DNA of 64,000 bases, taken from the NCBI RefSeq assembly GCF_021869535.1, contig NW_026262582.1, positions 32,364,001 to 32,428,000 on the forward strand, read 5' to 3'. Both the position numbers and the translations under genes were made by a program. The notes under the pieces are model-generated. The model worked only from the letters and a program-made list of their open reading frames with translations, made no database searches and had not been told where the DNA came from. This DNA comes from Mytilus californianus. Taxonomy: Eukaryota. Positions 24,801 to 39,252 of the stretch are shown here, piece after piece. Every line of letters starts with the position of its first letter. Position 1 is the first letter of the stretch.

Positions 24801-27239
24801 CAGTTGCCAATTGCAATCTCTGTGTATATATTTCTCTCGTGTCATTGATATGTCTTTTGTAGTGCCTAAAAGAGGAAGCAAAATTGAAAAACTTAACCAA
24901 AAACATGTATGAACAGGATATTTCTGTATAAAGGTATACTGAGCACACATTTGTAGGTACGCACTGAGTACGTACCAAATTTCAGCTCATTTTATCCATC
25001 TTTTATTAAGTAATTGAACACAAACTTTTATACATGCTTTTAAAAGTTCTTGTATAGTGTTTGTGGTATGCACGTAACTCACAAACATAACCAGATCCTT
25101 CAAATGGAACATAAAGGTCAATGTATCCTAACCAATTAAACTGAAACTTGTTGTACACCTTAAAATTTTCCAATGGTCAATGCTATGCCTAATTCAGTGC
25201 CTTTCGATTGTGGACGCTATCGAGAATTGAACTAAACTGAGATATTGTATGAACAAGGGTATTTCTATATGGAGGAGGTATACTGAGACCAAAGTTTTAG
25301 GTTCAAACAGACAGATAAAGATATATGTCTCCACTTGACAAATTTCAGTTGATCCTCATCATAACATAATTAAAAACAAAATCCAATACCTTTTTTAAAT
25401 AATCAAAAATTCACAATGATAATTAAATAACAATTACATATAAACAGTTGCACACATTTATAAAAAGCCCATATAGTAAATATATAACAAGTCTTTACAT
25501 ATCACACTTTATATGAATAGATATACAAGACACTGCCGATGGGTTCAAACAAAAGAAAACTTCTTATCAAACGAATTTTTATTATCATCTTTGTTTCTTT
25601 ATGTAACAAAAATAAATGCTTTTTGCATTAAACAACACTATTGATAAACATGTAAAATGTTATGCGTGTCCCTGCAGATAAAAACAGATATGGCTGGAAG
25701 ATTACTCCAGACAAAAATAGAGGTTAACGGTTTAAGTACTGGAGGTTACTAATTCTGTATAATACCATCAATTTGCATCCATCAAAAACTAATCATGATA
25801 TACACCCATTCCTACATGTATATAATCTACAAATAAGTCACAACAATATGAGTTTCTTTTTTGGTTTTGGTGATCTTAAACGTTGGTTTTATTAAAGTCT
25901 GAGCAATACAATTTGCATCTATCAAAAACTATCTCTACTTTGTAGTTGTAGAAATACTGTGGTAAAATCATTACTGTTTACGTTTCACCTAATGTGTAGG
26001 AACTGATCAGTTAAACATATAAACAATTTCGCCGTGAACAAACTATAGTTACACGGATCTTATATTTAAACATTGGAATATAAGTGTAAAAGATACTATA
26101 TTATATTGTAATCCTAATTGTTTTGTTTCATGATTTTTTTGTTAAATCAGTCATATCATGCATATATACATGACCACAACGCACATAATAAACATATACC
26201 TCATTGTATTTTTTAATTCAATTGATGCAATTATTTGAAGAAAAAAAAACATGGTACATGTGTACACTATATATTTTTTTATGCTTTTGTTTCATCAAGT
26301 GCTTGCCTTAACGGTACTGAAAAATTGAATGCATTCTTTATTCGTTATGTGAAAATTAAAATGAAATTTGATATCTTTATCATCGCAGTGTTATTATCCA
26401 TGACTAAATAGGTTACGTTATGATATAGTTAAATATCAGGGGATTGAACATTGGTTTTAGCATTGGTAAAAATCCGTCATTCAATGACAATAGTTCCTAT
26501 AGCAGTTTAATGGCGAACTCAGTCTCGGTCATGTTGAAATAATTGTAGATCTTTCATTGCTATCGTTAATTTCATTATGTCTCCCATAGTTTCTGTAAAA
26601 AACAAATTATGAATCATCCTTTTTATTTTCATGCATCCCTTAATGCACCTTTCCTGATTCTTAAAAAAATCTTTTGTACAAATTAAGCTATGGAAAGTCA
26701 GTTGAGAAAGACGAATATGTGAAATTTCATCAGAAATCTTTGTGTTTAGACAACTTAAATGGTCTTTACTTTTGAAAAGGGTGCATAATTTAAGATGAGA
26801 AAATATAAAACATAAACAAGATGTAATAATGTGATATATGATAACAAAAATGTTTTAATAATTATTAATTACAGTAAAACCTGATACAAAAAAAATGTAA
26901 TATTTCTTTTCCTTTCTGTAACAGCCAATATATGAACTATGTCCTACAAAATGATATACATCTCAAAGTTCTGTCAGTCAGTAGATTCGTCATTTTTCAC
27001 ACTATTGCAAGAGGAAAAAGATTTACATTATATGTACTGCAACAGACCATTGACTTGTTTTAGCAACCGTATCGGATCGATGCCACCCTAAGTGCAGGTA
27101 GTCTTACATTAACTGTGAAGCCATTCTTCAATTGTTGCTAAAATTGATGTTCTTAATCTAAAAGTGATTTCATGGAGTACTTTCACTCTTGTTCCTGTTT
27201 TAATACCACAGTGATTTTTTTTAGGAAAATTTGTATACA

Positions 27240-27455
27240 AATAATTAAAATCACAAAAAATACTGAACTCCGAGGAAAATTCAAAACGGAAAGTCCCTAA
27301 TCAAATAGCAAAACCAAATGATAAAACACATCAAACGAATGGACAACAACTGTCATATTTCTGACTTGGTATAGGCATTTTCAAATGCAAAAAATGGTGG
27401 ATTGAACCTGGTTTTATAACGCTAAACCTCTCACTTGTATGACAGTCGCATCAAA
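27240..27455 (-). repeat. Family B-like dispersed element
   Basis: Reverse complement of about 940-1140. Confidence 0.75.
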
Positions 27456-28644
27456 TGTTATCAATACAAGATATTTTTCAGGTAATCTGTTAAAATAAGT
27501 AGTAAAATAATATATTTTAATCTTCTACATTTAGAGATTCAGTAAATCAAATATAGCTGATATTGTGTCAAATGTCGTTATTTGTTTTCTATAAAATAAT
27601 TGGTGTATATTCCTAACATAAGTAACTATATTTCTGTGTAACCATTCTTTCAAACTAAACCATATCTGTTTAATTTTTCACGAGTTGATGATTTATTTAA
27701 ATAAAATTGGAACATTACCTTCGCATGCAATTCATTCGAATGTCCATGAAAAAACAGGGGTCCTCTATCTATTTATTATTGTTTTCATGATAATAAGCAA
27801 AATTGAAAACTGTCAAAATTCTTCTGTAAAGGACAATAACTCATATAATCAGTCGACTATTAAAAACAACATTACTATTTTACAGAAAATGTATTGCTAA
27901 ATATGACTTTTTTTATTGTGATAAATCAGTTTTTAATGAAATAAATATATGAAGAGCATATTTAACATGCAAATTCCTGTTCTTATCTTAACATGATTTC
28001 CAAAATTTAGAAAAAAGCAAATTTGGAGAATTTCATACCTTCTGGGTCTTTTCATTTCCCTTTTTGTGTCCTTTTGTGATTGTTTGGTTACACTTGCAAC
28101 TAAAACAAATGAGATCATATATGCAAAATATGGTTTAACAGGTAACGTTTATCAATACATTATAGTGTAGATTTTTAAATACGTGATATCATAATTCATG
28201 TCTTTGAATGTCTTTGAATAGGTAAAACTCAGAATAAGCATGCTTAGAAATACTTCAATGAGTTTAAACAAGTGTTACAATGTAAATGAACCGTTCTGAG
28301 GTAGTGGTGAGGTGAGTAGGTTTTGTTCTTTATGTAAAAGGGCCACTGTCACTTTCAGATGAGAAACTACAAAGAAAGTGCTGTTCCTTCTATTTTTGGC
28401 TTTCATGCACGGTTTTTAGTCCTAAACTAATAAACCATGTCCTATCTTTTTCTTTTGATAGAAACCAAACTTAGCACACTGACTTTAAGTTTAGTTTCCG
28501 GTGGTTGGCTTATGTCTTTTTAAATTCAATAAAATGAAAGTGATTAGATAGGTTTCTTAGTGAGAAGAGAAATTAGGAACCTTAAAAAAAATAGATTGTA
28601 CAACAAAAATCATCTATTGTTGTCAGTCGTCTACGCAATAGGAA

Positions 28645-29460
28645 TAAAAAGAGACTTTTAGCCAAATAAAAGCAACAATGGTATACCGCTGTTCGAAAGT
28701 CATAAATCGATTGAGACAAAAACAAATCCGGATTACAAATTAAACCCGAGGGAAACACATCAGCTATAAGAGGAAAACAACGAAACAACAGAAACACAGA
28801 AAAACAAACGACAATGCAACACACACAGAAACGAACTATAAGATAACAATTGCCATTTTCCGGACTTGGTACAGGACATTTTAAGAGAAAAATGGTGGGT
28901 TGAACCTGGTTTTGTGGCTAGCCAAACCTCGCAATTGTATGGCAATGTTAAATATAACTCTAAAATGACACCATTACATGACAGGAATACAGTACAAATA
29001 AATGCAATAACTTTGAGGACAGGGAAATAAACAATACAATAGTACATTTCGACATGCTAATAGTTATCAAAGGTACCGGGCTTATAATTTAATACGCCAG
29101 ACGCGCGTTTCGTCTACATAATACTCATCAGTAACGCTCAGATCAAAATAGTTATAAAGCCAAACATGTACAAAATTGAAGAGCATTGAGGACCCAAAAT
29201 TCCAAAAAGTTGTGCCAAATACGGCTAAAGTAATCTATGCCTGGGATAAGAAAATCCTCAGTATTTCGAAAGAATCATACTTTTGTGAACAGGAAATATA
29301 GAAAAATGACCATACAATCAGCTAACCACAGAATAAAAACGAACACGTAAAACAACATAGGACAGCACACAAAACAGCACAACAGAACCACGAACTGTCT
29401 TTCACACGACTGGGTCAACGCCACAAAAGTGTCGTCACAGGTAAATTTCTAAAAATGTTG
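28645..29460 (-). repeat. Composite dispersed element, second copy
   Basis: Collinear with 5092-5830. Confidence 0.75.
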
Positions 29461-29769
29461 AATACTGTTCAAAATCAGTTTTGTAACTATGTCATTTGAT
29501 GTATTTTATAACAATTACAAGAATATTAATATAGAATTGTGTTAGTAATGAGATAATCAATAGTATTATCTAGCTATGTCGGTATTTTTCTAAATCAAAC
29601 TGTAAAACAAAGAAATAGTGTACATATAGTCGCTTTAAACTTAAATCTTAGAAATGAACCGGGTGATCAATTATCTTCACCTTTACATACGAATAGAAAA
29701 TAACAAAAGGTAGAACTACAACTACAAACGATAAGACATTTAACAATATCTGATATATAGAGAATAATA

Positions 29770-29892
29770 CATGGCAAAATCCGTATCATATGCCGTATCA
29801 TCCCGAGATACCAATATCAGCCCGAGGGCCCTTAGGACCGAGGGTTGATATTGGTCGAGGGTGATACGGCATGTGATACGGATTTTGCCATG
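29770..29892. repeat. Fold-back (long imperfect palindrome) element
   Basis: Arms catggcaaaatccgtatca...tatcagcccgaggg / ccgagggttgatat...tgatacggattttgccatg. Confidence 0.85.
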
Positions 29893-31997
29893 TTTTATAC
29901 GCTTTATCATATATTTGAATAGAAGAGTATATAGGAATTGCTTACTGATCCAAAGCATCTGGGTAACCTTCAGATTTAGTTTTGCCTTGTTTTAACAGCT
30001 TTATCATATATAGGAACTGCTTAATTATTCATCAGAAGCATCAGAGTTAACCTACAATTTGCGTCCTGTAGTCCATAGAAATATTTTGTTTTTTTAATTT
30101 TTTGTTGTTGTTTATTTGTGTTTTGTTTTCATTGAGTTCTTTTTGTCCTACTTTAGTAATGTTATACTATGTACAACACATTCTGAATAAAACCTATTAA
30201 TAAAAAAAAATAGTTACAATAAACTAACAATTTAATAACAAGTATACTGTATTAAACAAAAGACGAATTTGAGACTAATAAGTAAAGTGTACACTTTTGA
30301 AATATCAAAATTTAAAGTTTAACCCTCTTGCTGCCCGTAGTTTTTTTATGATTTCATTTCTTGTGCCAGAAAATAGGAAAACTCGACGTCTGTGACGTCA
30401 CATGTCAAACAATGACGTCATTCCAAAAATGCCGTAATGACCGTTTCATTTTGGTCCCATTGAAGAAAAATATTTCTCTAATTTTTTCGCTATTTTCATA
30501 TTTCCGAGTAGGGGTGTGATAAAGGGTAGGCACGTCTTATAGCAATGCAAATTCACACTCAGCAAAACAGTCATATTCGGGAATAGGTCATAAAAACCAT
30601 AGGTTCATATTTTGAAAGTGTATACTAGCATATATGCAGATACAACATGTACAACAAAATTGTAACCCTTTGAAATATCATTGTAGTATATTATTCAAGG
30701 ATAATTGTTTCTTATCTGTGCCATGTTATTAAATTGTTTTATCCTAAAATGAAACATTCTTAATCTTAATATTTTAACTTACAGAACATTCCTCTTCCTA
30801 TTTTCGAATAATCTCCATAACTGTGATGAAATGTCTTGATCACCGGAGGTCCCTTGTTTCTGATTGCTGTTTGGCAACAACGAAATATTTCATTTTGTCT
30901 TTAGAATAACTTTTATCCATCTGAGTGGAAACTGTCTCTATGTTATTCTAGGTGTGCGAGAAATCCGCCCTTACACTGTTTTGACGTATGTTCAATTTGA
31001 TAATCGAATAGACATCACAACTATGGTAATCTCGATTTTAGTTTATTTATGTAGATCTTTATGTAGATCTTCTAGAACTAAGCATTGTCTTTGTTAAATG
31101 GGCCTTCCTTAAAATTATTTTAATTGTACCATGGTCTGTTATCTTTTTCGCCATCCCAAAAAGCTTTGTATTGCTTTGTATTTTCCAAATACTCGTTGCT
31201 AAATCCCGGATAGACTTATAATGCAGAGGTTTAGCATGGTTCTCAATATCATAATGTATTCATATAATCTATGAACGTATGTCGTAAATTACGTCAAAAT
31301 CCTTTATGTTTGGGAACAATACTTCAAGACGAGGAATAGTTTCAGCATTACTCCTTTGTAGAGTTTCATCTATTCACCTGAAAGCAGCATCCACGTGTAA
31401 ATGTCCAACTCGCATGAATGCTTAATCCACTTAAAAAGAAATCAAAACTATTTCATTGTTGTTCGTTACAATATTTGGCTATTATAATACGCGAAGCTTT
31501 AATGCTTGAAGGAACTAAATTATGCTAAATTGTTTCAATCTATGTTCATCGTGCTGTAGGACACTTCATTGGCTAATAAATCTAGTTGGTTCAATTAATA
31601 GTCTTCCAGATATAAAAGTTATATCAAAAACGAAAATGCGATTACATTTATAGACTTAATACTTTATCTTCTCGCAAAATCACAACTTATTCTTCAGTTA
31701 ACTTAAAAACATAATTTCAACGTTAACTTTTGTACAAAAATTTCACGAGTACTGAAGATTTTAAGAAATTTGGTCGTGTCTTGAAATAATATTTTTCTCA
31801 GTGTTTACTTTGGGATACGGTATCATATCTACTCTTTTTTTATTGCTTTAATTGTTAGTTTGGATTGAAATAACATATTTCCTAAACATGCTGAGACATA
31901 AAAAGAATATCAAAGACTATTTATATCCTCGCGCGCGCGCGATCGGTTTTGTTGAAACAACTTGCTCTAAATCAATATTTTTTTTTTAAATTGTTAA

Positions 31998-32545
31998 GTG
32001 GGCTCGAGGGTATCAATCAATTTTTTTTTAAATATAGGATTTCGCTACGTTTTTCTATAATTGAACTTTATCATATACTTAATAGAAAAATAAAATAAAA
32101 AAATGGGGTCACCGTTCATTTAAGCTCACAATCTGCTTTCGAAAGAAGCATGCATTTTCGTTAAGGTACTTAATGAACTAATAGGAGAAATAGAGGTAAT
32201 ATCGAAATAAAAAAAGAACTAAATTACAGAAATCGCTTAAATCTTACAATTGTTTAGTTTTAAGAACAGATAATTTGAAAAAAAAAATATAGGTCACCGA
32301 TGAGTTAAAAAAAGATATTTCAATCTTAATGCCAAAATAAATGCATTGTTGCACCAAAGGGAGATAATTCGGAGCTTTTTAAATGATATAAACATTTTAA
32401 AAGTCATCTAGGGCCAAAACGAATCGATTTTTAGGGTTGACTTTCATAAAGTAACAACAAATAGTGTAATAAAGAAAATTTGTAATAAAAAAAAAAAAAA
32501 AAAGCTTTAAAATTTTAGTTGAAAATTTTGTACCCTCAAGCCTCC
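31998..32545. mobile_element. MITE with TTAA-type target (Kolobok-like)
   Basis: TIRs gtgggctcgagggtatcaa / ttgtaccctcaagcctcc, flanked by ttaa and ttta. Related internal sequence at about 45940-46580. Confidence 0.65.
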
Positions 32546-33299
32546 TTTAGTACTTAATATTACTTACCATAGTTTGTTAAGTCTTGCTAAGAATCATCAT
32601 AGATAGTCATTGTCAGACAAGAAAGGTGAACATGTTGTTTTGTCCATGGGATGAAACTCCAGTAACATGTGTTTTCAGTTTATCAACTGTAACATGTGTA
32701 ATCACATCCTGCACTTAAATGTGTATATTAATTTACATGTAAACACTTTGTAATAAATTGTACTAGTCAATCTTGAATGCATGATGAGTGAGAAAAAAAA
32801 AGATAACCGTAACTGAAACTTGTGGCCACTAATAGAATCTATAAATGATTCTTATGTATCACAAACTATTTCATATTTCAGAATCTTACTAAATGCAATT
32901 GAAAAACACGTCAGCTATATTAAAACAATTCATGCTTCATCTATTTGGCCACTATATTAAAAAACATACTTTCTTCCATTAAAATATCTTGTCGTCCACC
33001 ATGAAAATTCTATTACAGGGCACAGAAATGACAGCTGTCCAGTAGAATCATATTTCAATAGGAAATCTACTCATACTTCAGGAACAAATAATGTAACCAA
33101 AAAGCTATTTGTGACCTCGCAACCTCGTAATTGAAACCGAATGTATATCAACACCCATGTATTTTGCAGCTATCATCCTTATGTTTTTCAAATTTTGTTC
33201 ACATGTTTCTTTTTTGCAAGAAACGTGAAATTTTACATCTCTGTTTTCTGAAACAAATACGTAATATCCATTGTTTATTAGTTAATTATCCTGATGAAA

Positions 33300-33830
33300 A
33301 AACGTCACAAAACACAAGTAGAAAATCTAAGTTGTAAAATTGTTTGATTAAATTGTACACGAAAAAGTACATACACATAATACACAGGCACTGGGGACCA
33401 TTGCACTCACATAAAGTAACAAGATGAAATAGTTGTTGTTACGTCCGAAACTAATTACCGAATTGTATTTCTAGACATGGACCCGATTTCATATGGAAAT
33501 TGCTCATGGCATTAATTTCATTTTTTTTTGTTACCCGATATATTTTACATTTTCAAATAATGTCTTTCTTGTGTGTAGCATCTGGATACTTTGTACTGTA
33601 TTTGCATTATTGTCCCTATATGTTGTTTTACATATTTGTACAAATCAGTGAATATATATATATTTCAATTCAGAATGAATTATATCTTTATTTCTGATCT
33701 TTGGTTTATTGCTTTGGTCGATGCTTCTCTTTCACAAGAACTTCTTGTACTAAATTTGCATTTTGAAATCGTTGAAATTTATCGTTAAAATTTTGAAAGG
33801 TTATAAATTGGACATTTTCTCTCGGTAATC
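33300..33830 (-). mobile_element. Possible old L1/Tx1-type LINE 3' remnant
   Basis: Minus-strand fragment 'MQIQYKVSRCYTQERHYLKM*NI' loosely matches the zf-RVT region. Many stops. Confidence 0.3.
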
Positions 33831-34199
33831 CATACTTAAGGATAGTGAGTTGTTTGTATCCAGTCCCCTTTGACAAAAGTTAATGTCATATTATTGGTCA
33901 ATATACGTGAAGTTTAATCATTTTAATGATTATCCGTTTAAATTTGTTTTAACATAAAATAATTGTATATAGTTCGAAATTGCATGTTAGTTATGTAAGC
34001 GCGTCACTGTTTTTGATAACCTGTGGCGTTTGTCGTTGATAGAATATGTTCGTTGTTGTTCTGTGGTTTGTATGTTGTGTCTACTATTAAATTATTTGTT
34101 TGTGCGTTTCACTGTTATGAATGTTCTTGCGAGTGTTTGTGCTGTGTTTCTGTCACGTAGTGTTTTAGCGATATTTTTTTAACATTGTCATAAAGCGGC

Positions 34200-34470
34200 A
34201 GGTTTTGCACGCCAATAACCAGGTTCACATCACCATTTATCTTAAAATGTCATGTACCAAGTCAGGAATATGGCAGTTGTTGCCAAATAGTTCCTTTCTA
34301 TGTGTGCTGACGTTTGTTTTTGTTGAACGTCTGAGTTCCTGTTGTTCCTTTGTTTCCCTCTTATGGTTGATGCGTTTCCTTCGGTTCTGGTTTGTAACCC
34401 GGATTTGTTTTTGTCAATCGATTTATGACTTTTGAACAACGGTATACTATTTTTGCCCTTATTTACAGAT
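34200..34470 (+). repeat. Family B dispersed element
   Basis: Homologous to 4100-4345 and the reverse complement of 5092-5400. Confidence 0.75.
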
Positions 34471-36019
34471 TGCTCGCAAATCAAACATTATTTCTTATTG
34501 TAATTTTTTTGTGGATAATAGATCCCGAAGGTTTATACATAATCTAATGGAGAACAATATATGGTAATAACTTGCTGCATTTATATGCATCTGTCCTTAT
34601 ATAGGAGCCTGTTGTTCAATGGTTGCCGTTTGTTGATGTGGTTCATATATGTTTCTTGTTTCTCCTTTTTTATATAAATTATAAATTAGAACGTTGATTT
34701 TTTTCTGTTTGAAATGTTTAACATTAGTCTTTTGTGGCCCTTTATAGCTTGCTCTAAGCGGTGTTGAAGACAAGTCTTTGACCTGAAATTGTTAACTTTT
34801 TATACATAGTGGCTTCTTATTTATATAGACAAAGAACATTTGTAAACTGTATGACAAACAACGTGTTTATCCTCATGATATACTTTTAAATAAAGATAAA
34901 CGTATTAATGAACTGGTATAAGTGCATAATGATGACAAAGTTGAAGCGCATAGTGGACCCCAGATCCAAAGGTAATCAAGTGCTGGTTTCGAAAATTCTT
35001 AATATTACGAAATATTCAGAGTAAACAGGTAATTAATAATTACATGAATTGTGACCATATCAATTATAATTCATGTTAGCATAGAAGTGTTGACTACTAG
35101 GCTGGTGAATCTCGCGGGGAGAAACATGAGAAACATCCAACAGTACTGGCATCGACCGAATGGTGGTAAATACACTCATCATAATTACAAAATTAAACAT
35201 GTGTTTGTCAGACGTGCGTTTCATCCTCAAATGTCTCATGGGATGATTAATACATCCTTAAAGGAGCATTAGATGTTAAACACATGTTCACCACTTTCAT
35301 TCAATTGAATTATAACATACTTAAACGAATGTTTAAATTATAAACAATCTTTAATCAACAATGCATGGGTTCGATGATATGTATCAGTATGTCGTGTGTA
35401 TTTTAGTTTATACGCCATTTAATTAACTATTTAGGTGACCTCCAATAATGTTAACGCCACCATCACTTAATGTACATAATGGATTAGGATGTATATCTCG
35501 CTAACATAATATCATAGTCCGACGGACGAAAAGTGACAACTGCAGATCAAATAGCCCTATCGACATGATGAGCTAAACGAGATACTACATGCACTAATCT
35601 TGTATATGTGTCTGTATTGCTAAGACATTAGTTTCTTTTAAATAGGGTATTGTACACTGCTGTTTATTTGTGTCCTTTCATTGTTAGCTATGATTTTGTC
35701 ATTTCCTCTGCACCATGTTCACCTTGTGAGTTTTTATTCCCATCTAATGTTAACCATCTGTGTATGGTGAATTGAGTCTTCAAATATTCATAATATATGT
35801 TAATACAACTGAAAAGGAAACAAGTCGACTAACACAAGCTTTGTATATTATATTGCTGAGTTTGCCAATTGGTCTATTTTACTAGACTACAACAGTGTTT
35901 CGGTTGATGTCTCAACATCTCCAGTTTGAATCGTAGTGGAGGAAAAATATAATTTGCACAAATGAAGTGCTGTCAATCTTGATTTGATTGGTAGTACGAA
36001 AAAGTAAACAGATACTCAC

Positions 36020-36238
36020 CTTGATTACTAGTAGGTTCGTAAAAATGTAAAGTATCCTTATAAATTTTCCCATATTCCATAAGCTTTTTATACAAATCGA
36101 TCTTCCTAGCATGATATAGCATAGCTTGCAGGAATAAAATGTTATCACGTGCTAATTTACCATTGTCTATTAAATGGCCAAACAGCTGCCATGGCGATGA
36201 AATTTTTTCTAAAACTGAGCTTGGAGATCCATCTTCTC
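36020..36238 (-). CDS. DED-DED gene exon C: rest of the second death effector domain
   Basis: aaacag| and |gtgagt; 219 nt, phase 1 to 1; open: GEDGSPSSVLEKISSPWQLFGHLIDNGKLARDNILFLQAMLYHARKIDLYKKLMEY...HFYEPTSNQ. Not in the ORF track because it has no start codon. Confidence 0.85.
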
Positions 36239-39084
36239 CTGTTTATAACAAATAAATTTAAAACTACACAGAAGCCAATTAAATCGGATGCACCTTAATG
36301 CGTGAATCATAGGTACACATATGATAGTGTGATTTTGAAATGTATCCATTTATTATGTTGTTAACAAAAACGTTGTTTTTCTTATATTTTAAATATTCAG
36401 TTTTCGATTTTGTACAAATAAATTCAAAGCAATTAAATACGTTTGATCTTTAGTGACAAAACAACGTTAGGAATAAATAAAAGATATACGTAATGGCTTT
36501 AAGCTAAATAGGCATCACAATATCTACTACGGTCACCACTGATTAGAAATAATTTGTAGATCTCAAAGTGCTCGCTAATCTTTTTTTACAGGTTCAGAAC
36601 GAGCAAATGCTTTCAATAGAATATTGAAAATAAAGAGTTTACAAATCATCTTTTGAATAAAGGGCAATAACTCCAATTTACGGATCGTTTTTAGCCATTT
36701 GTCCCATTTGTATATATATATATTGCAAAAAAATATACACGGTTAGTGTTTACAGTTTCTGTTCATTAAAAATGTGTCATACCTAATACGTACATGGAAG
36801 AAGAAAAATCTGACAACCCTTGGCACAAATCAAAGGACGATAAAAACAACATAAAACTTTAGACTGAGCAACATAAATCGAACCAAAAAGATTGATTGGA
36901 GGTGCTAAGGAACAGTTGAAATCCAACAAAAGAAATGGAACTCTTTGTTTTGTTAGAGAAGGGGGAAAAAGTCAAACTGGTTTATTTGAATTGTTTACAT
37001 CTGTTACTATGGGCTTTAAAAGTTTCATAAAAGTGCATGATTTAGGATTTTTGGCATCTTATATACGTGTTTTTACTTGAATAATAGTATGGAGCTTCGA
37101 TATATTTGTAAACTTTTAAATCATAGACAAATTTTCATAAAACTGTCGGTTGTGGTAGGTTCAACTCAAAGTGGATCTCTTTTGTGCATAAGCATTAATT
37201 CCGCCAAAAACTTTCAGCAGAAAGATAAAGCATTATTTTGCAGTTCTGACACGGCGATAGTTTTTTGGGAAACGATCCCCAAAATGGCCAATAATTGCAT
37301 CGAAAAGAGAAAGTCGAGTGCACCTTTTTATATTCGGTTGTGTTTGAGTTGACTGTTACGTCTCAAAAACGTTTAAAGCAAAAATATAAGATACATCATC
37401 TCGCTGCAGATTCTTTTATTTTTACATATTTTATATATTTAAGCTACATGTTGATTCAATAAAAATAAAAATTCCCAGTACTTAAGAATGAAATATATAG
37501 GTCAAGTTAAATACCTTTCTAATGAGACATAACAACAGAGTAGGTGTGTTCGAATAACAAATGTTTACTAAAAGTATTTGACGACAGACTTTACAATTGG
37601 GTCTTAAAAATGCATTACTTAAGAAAAAGCTTCATTTTTTGTGTGTGCTATCTAGGGTTATTAGTTTTCAACCTCTAAAAATGTTTAGTCTGCCTTTCTA
37701 GGAAATATTTAATTAGATTTTTTTAAATGCTTTTTAACTTTAGAAAATTCCTCCTGACAACCGGTCAGACAATAGTTTTAAGTTGACTGAATGCAAAAAA
37801 GTACATTAAACGAGGCTCAATAGCTAGTAGATATATTTGTCTTTTATAATACAACTGGCATATAAGGATTGTAATGGTGCTATGTGGATACATTTATCGG
37901 TTTTAAAGAGCTAAATTGGCAGCGCGTCATCCCTACAATGGCTTCCATTTAACGATGGTAAAAATTGACTGGCGTAATGGGGAGATTATTTTGACGAAGT
38001 AGATTCCTGACTGCCTGGTCATTTGTGACACAGATATTTCAAAACGGTCAACCAATTAGTGAAAGCGTCCGTAAAACTTTCCAAAGACTGCACCTATTTG
38101 ACGCCAATTCATTTACATTCAAGAATCCTCGTGAGTAAGGTTATCAATGCCGTCTTCTAGTGGTTGTGGTTGTCATCGTCGTCTGAGTGAGCTGTTGTAA
38201 TAACCAAGAATGCATATCCAGTGCCCAAGACTCGTGATCATATTATTTGACCAGTTACGCATACCGTTTTTCATCTACAGACAGTGCACTTCTTTGTAAC
38301 TTTGGCTTTCTCAAACTCACCTTGTCCATCTTTGTGTGTTATCCTACATTCTAAGCCATAGGGTATCTAGCGCATCTGCATTGAGTCTCAAGTCTTTAAG
38401 CCCTAACACCCATGGTTGTTTAGCTGTTGAGGTCTTTTCTTTGTACTATGCCGATCATTAAATCAAACTGTAGCGTGGTCATGAGTTAAAGAAATGCGGG
38501 TAGGGACAGAGGTCGTCACATACACGATCAGAATTAATTGGAAGCAGGTGCAACGCATGGTGGAGTTCACTTCTTTTTCTAATTGTGTGTGTGACGACTT
38601 CTAGACTTATGTTGTACATTTTTCCATTCTGATTCCGAATCAGCGGTGATTCATAATTATATAATTCAATTCCCCTTTTTAATATTGCATTTCATAACTT
38701 CGGTTAATTTTATCGTCAGTTGCTGCAACATTTGTGCATAGTTTATACATCTTGTGTGATTATTATTTATATAAGATCTGTAAAATCATCAAAATCCATT
38801 AAAAGGAAAGATAATTCAATTATAAATACAGACATCTGACACGCCTACTGACGGAAGAGAAATGAACCTACGGAAGAAGTTTAGCTAGCAATTAAAATAT
38901 GTATATCTGATCAACAGATAAACTTCAGAGTTACAAATATAACAATGAAAAATTTTTAAGTACTCAACAATACCAGTTTAAGATATAACAGGGGAACAAA
39001 TATGTCCCTATAATTACAAACACAAAGACGACACGATCTCTACATCTCTTGTTCATTTCAAAACCCTTAGGTTATTAGACTTAC

Positions 39085-39252
39085 CTTTAAGAATAAAATT
39101 CATTGCGTCTAAATTATTCGCATCTAACTCAAGTGCAACTTTTGTTAACCAAATTTTTAGTTTATAATCTGGACCTGGCGAGTTCAAAGTGTAAGCAGGT
39201 ACTGTCTCTGGAGAACACTTTCCTGGAGAACGACACACTTTTTGATCTAAAA
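39085..39252 (-). CDS. DED-DED gene exon B: linker plus start of the second DED
   Basis: catctag| and |gtaagt; 168 nt, phase 1 to 1; VLDQKVCRS...YKLKIWLTKVALELDANNLDAMNFILK. Confidence 0.85.

Noticed and set aside
27020-27200. Degenerate P-loop NTPase on the minus strand
   Set aside because: The Walker A motif is not actually present, and there are multiple stops.
32980-33080. F-box-like peptide MSRFPIEI*
   Set aside because: The resemblance is too short and is interrupted by stops.
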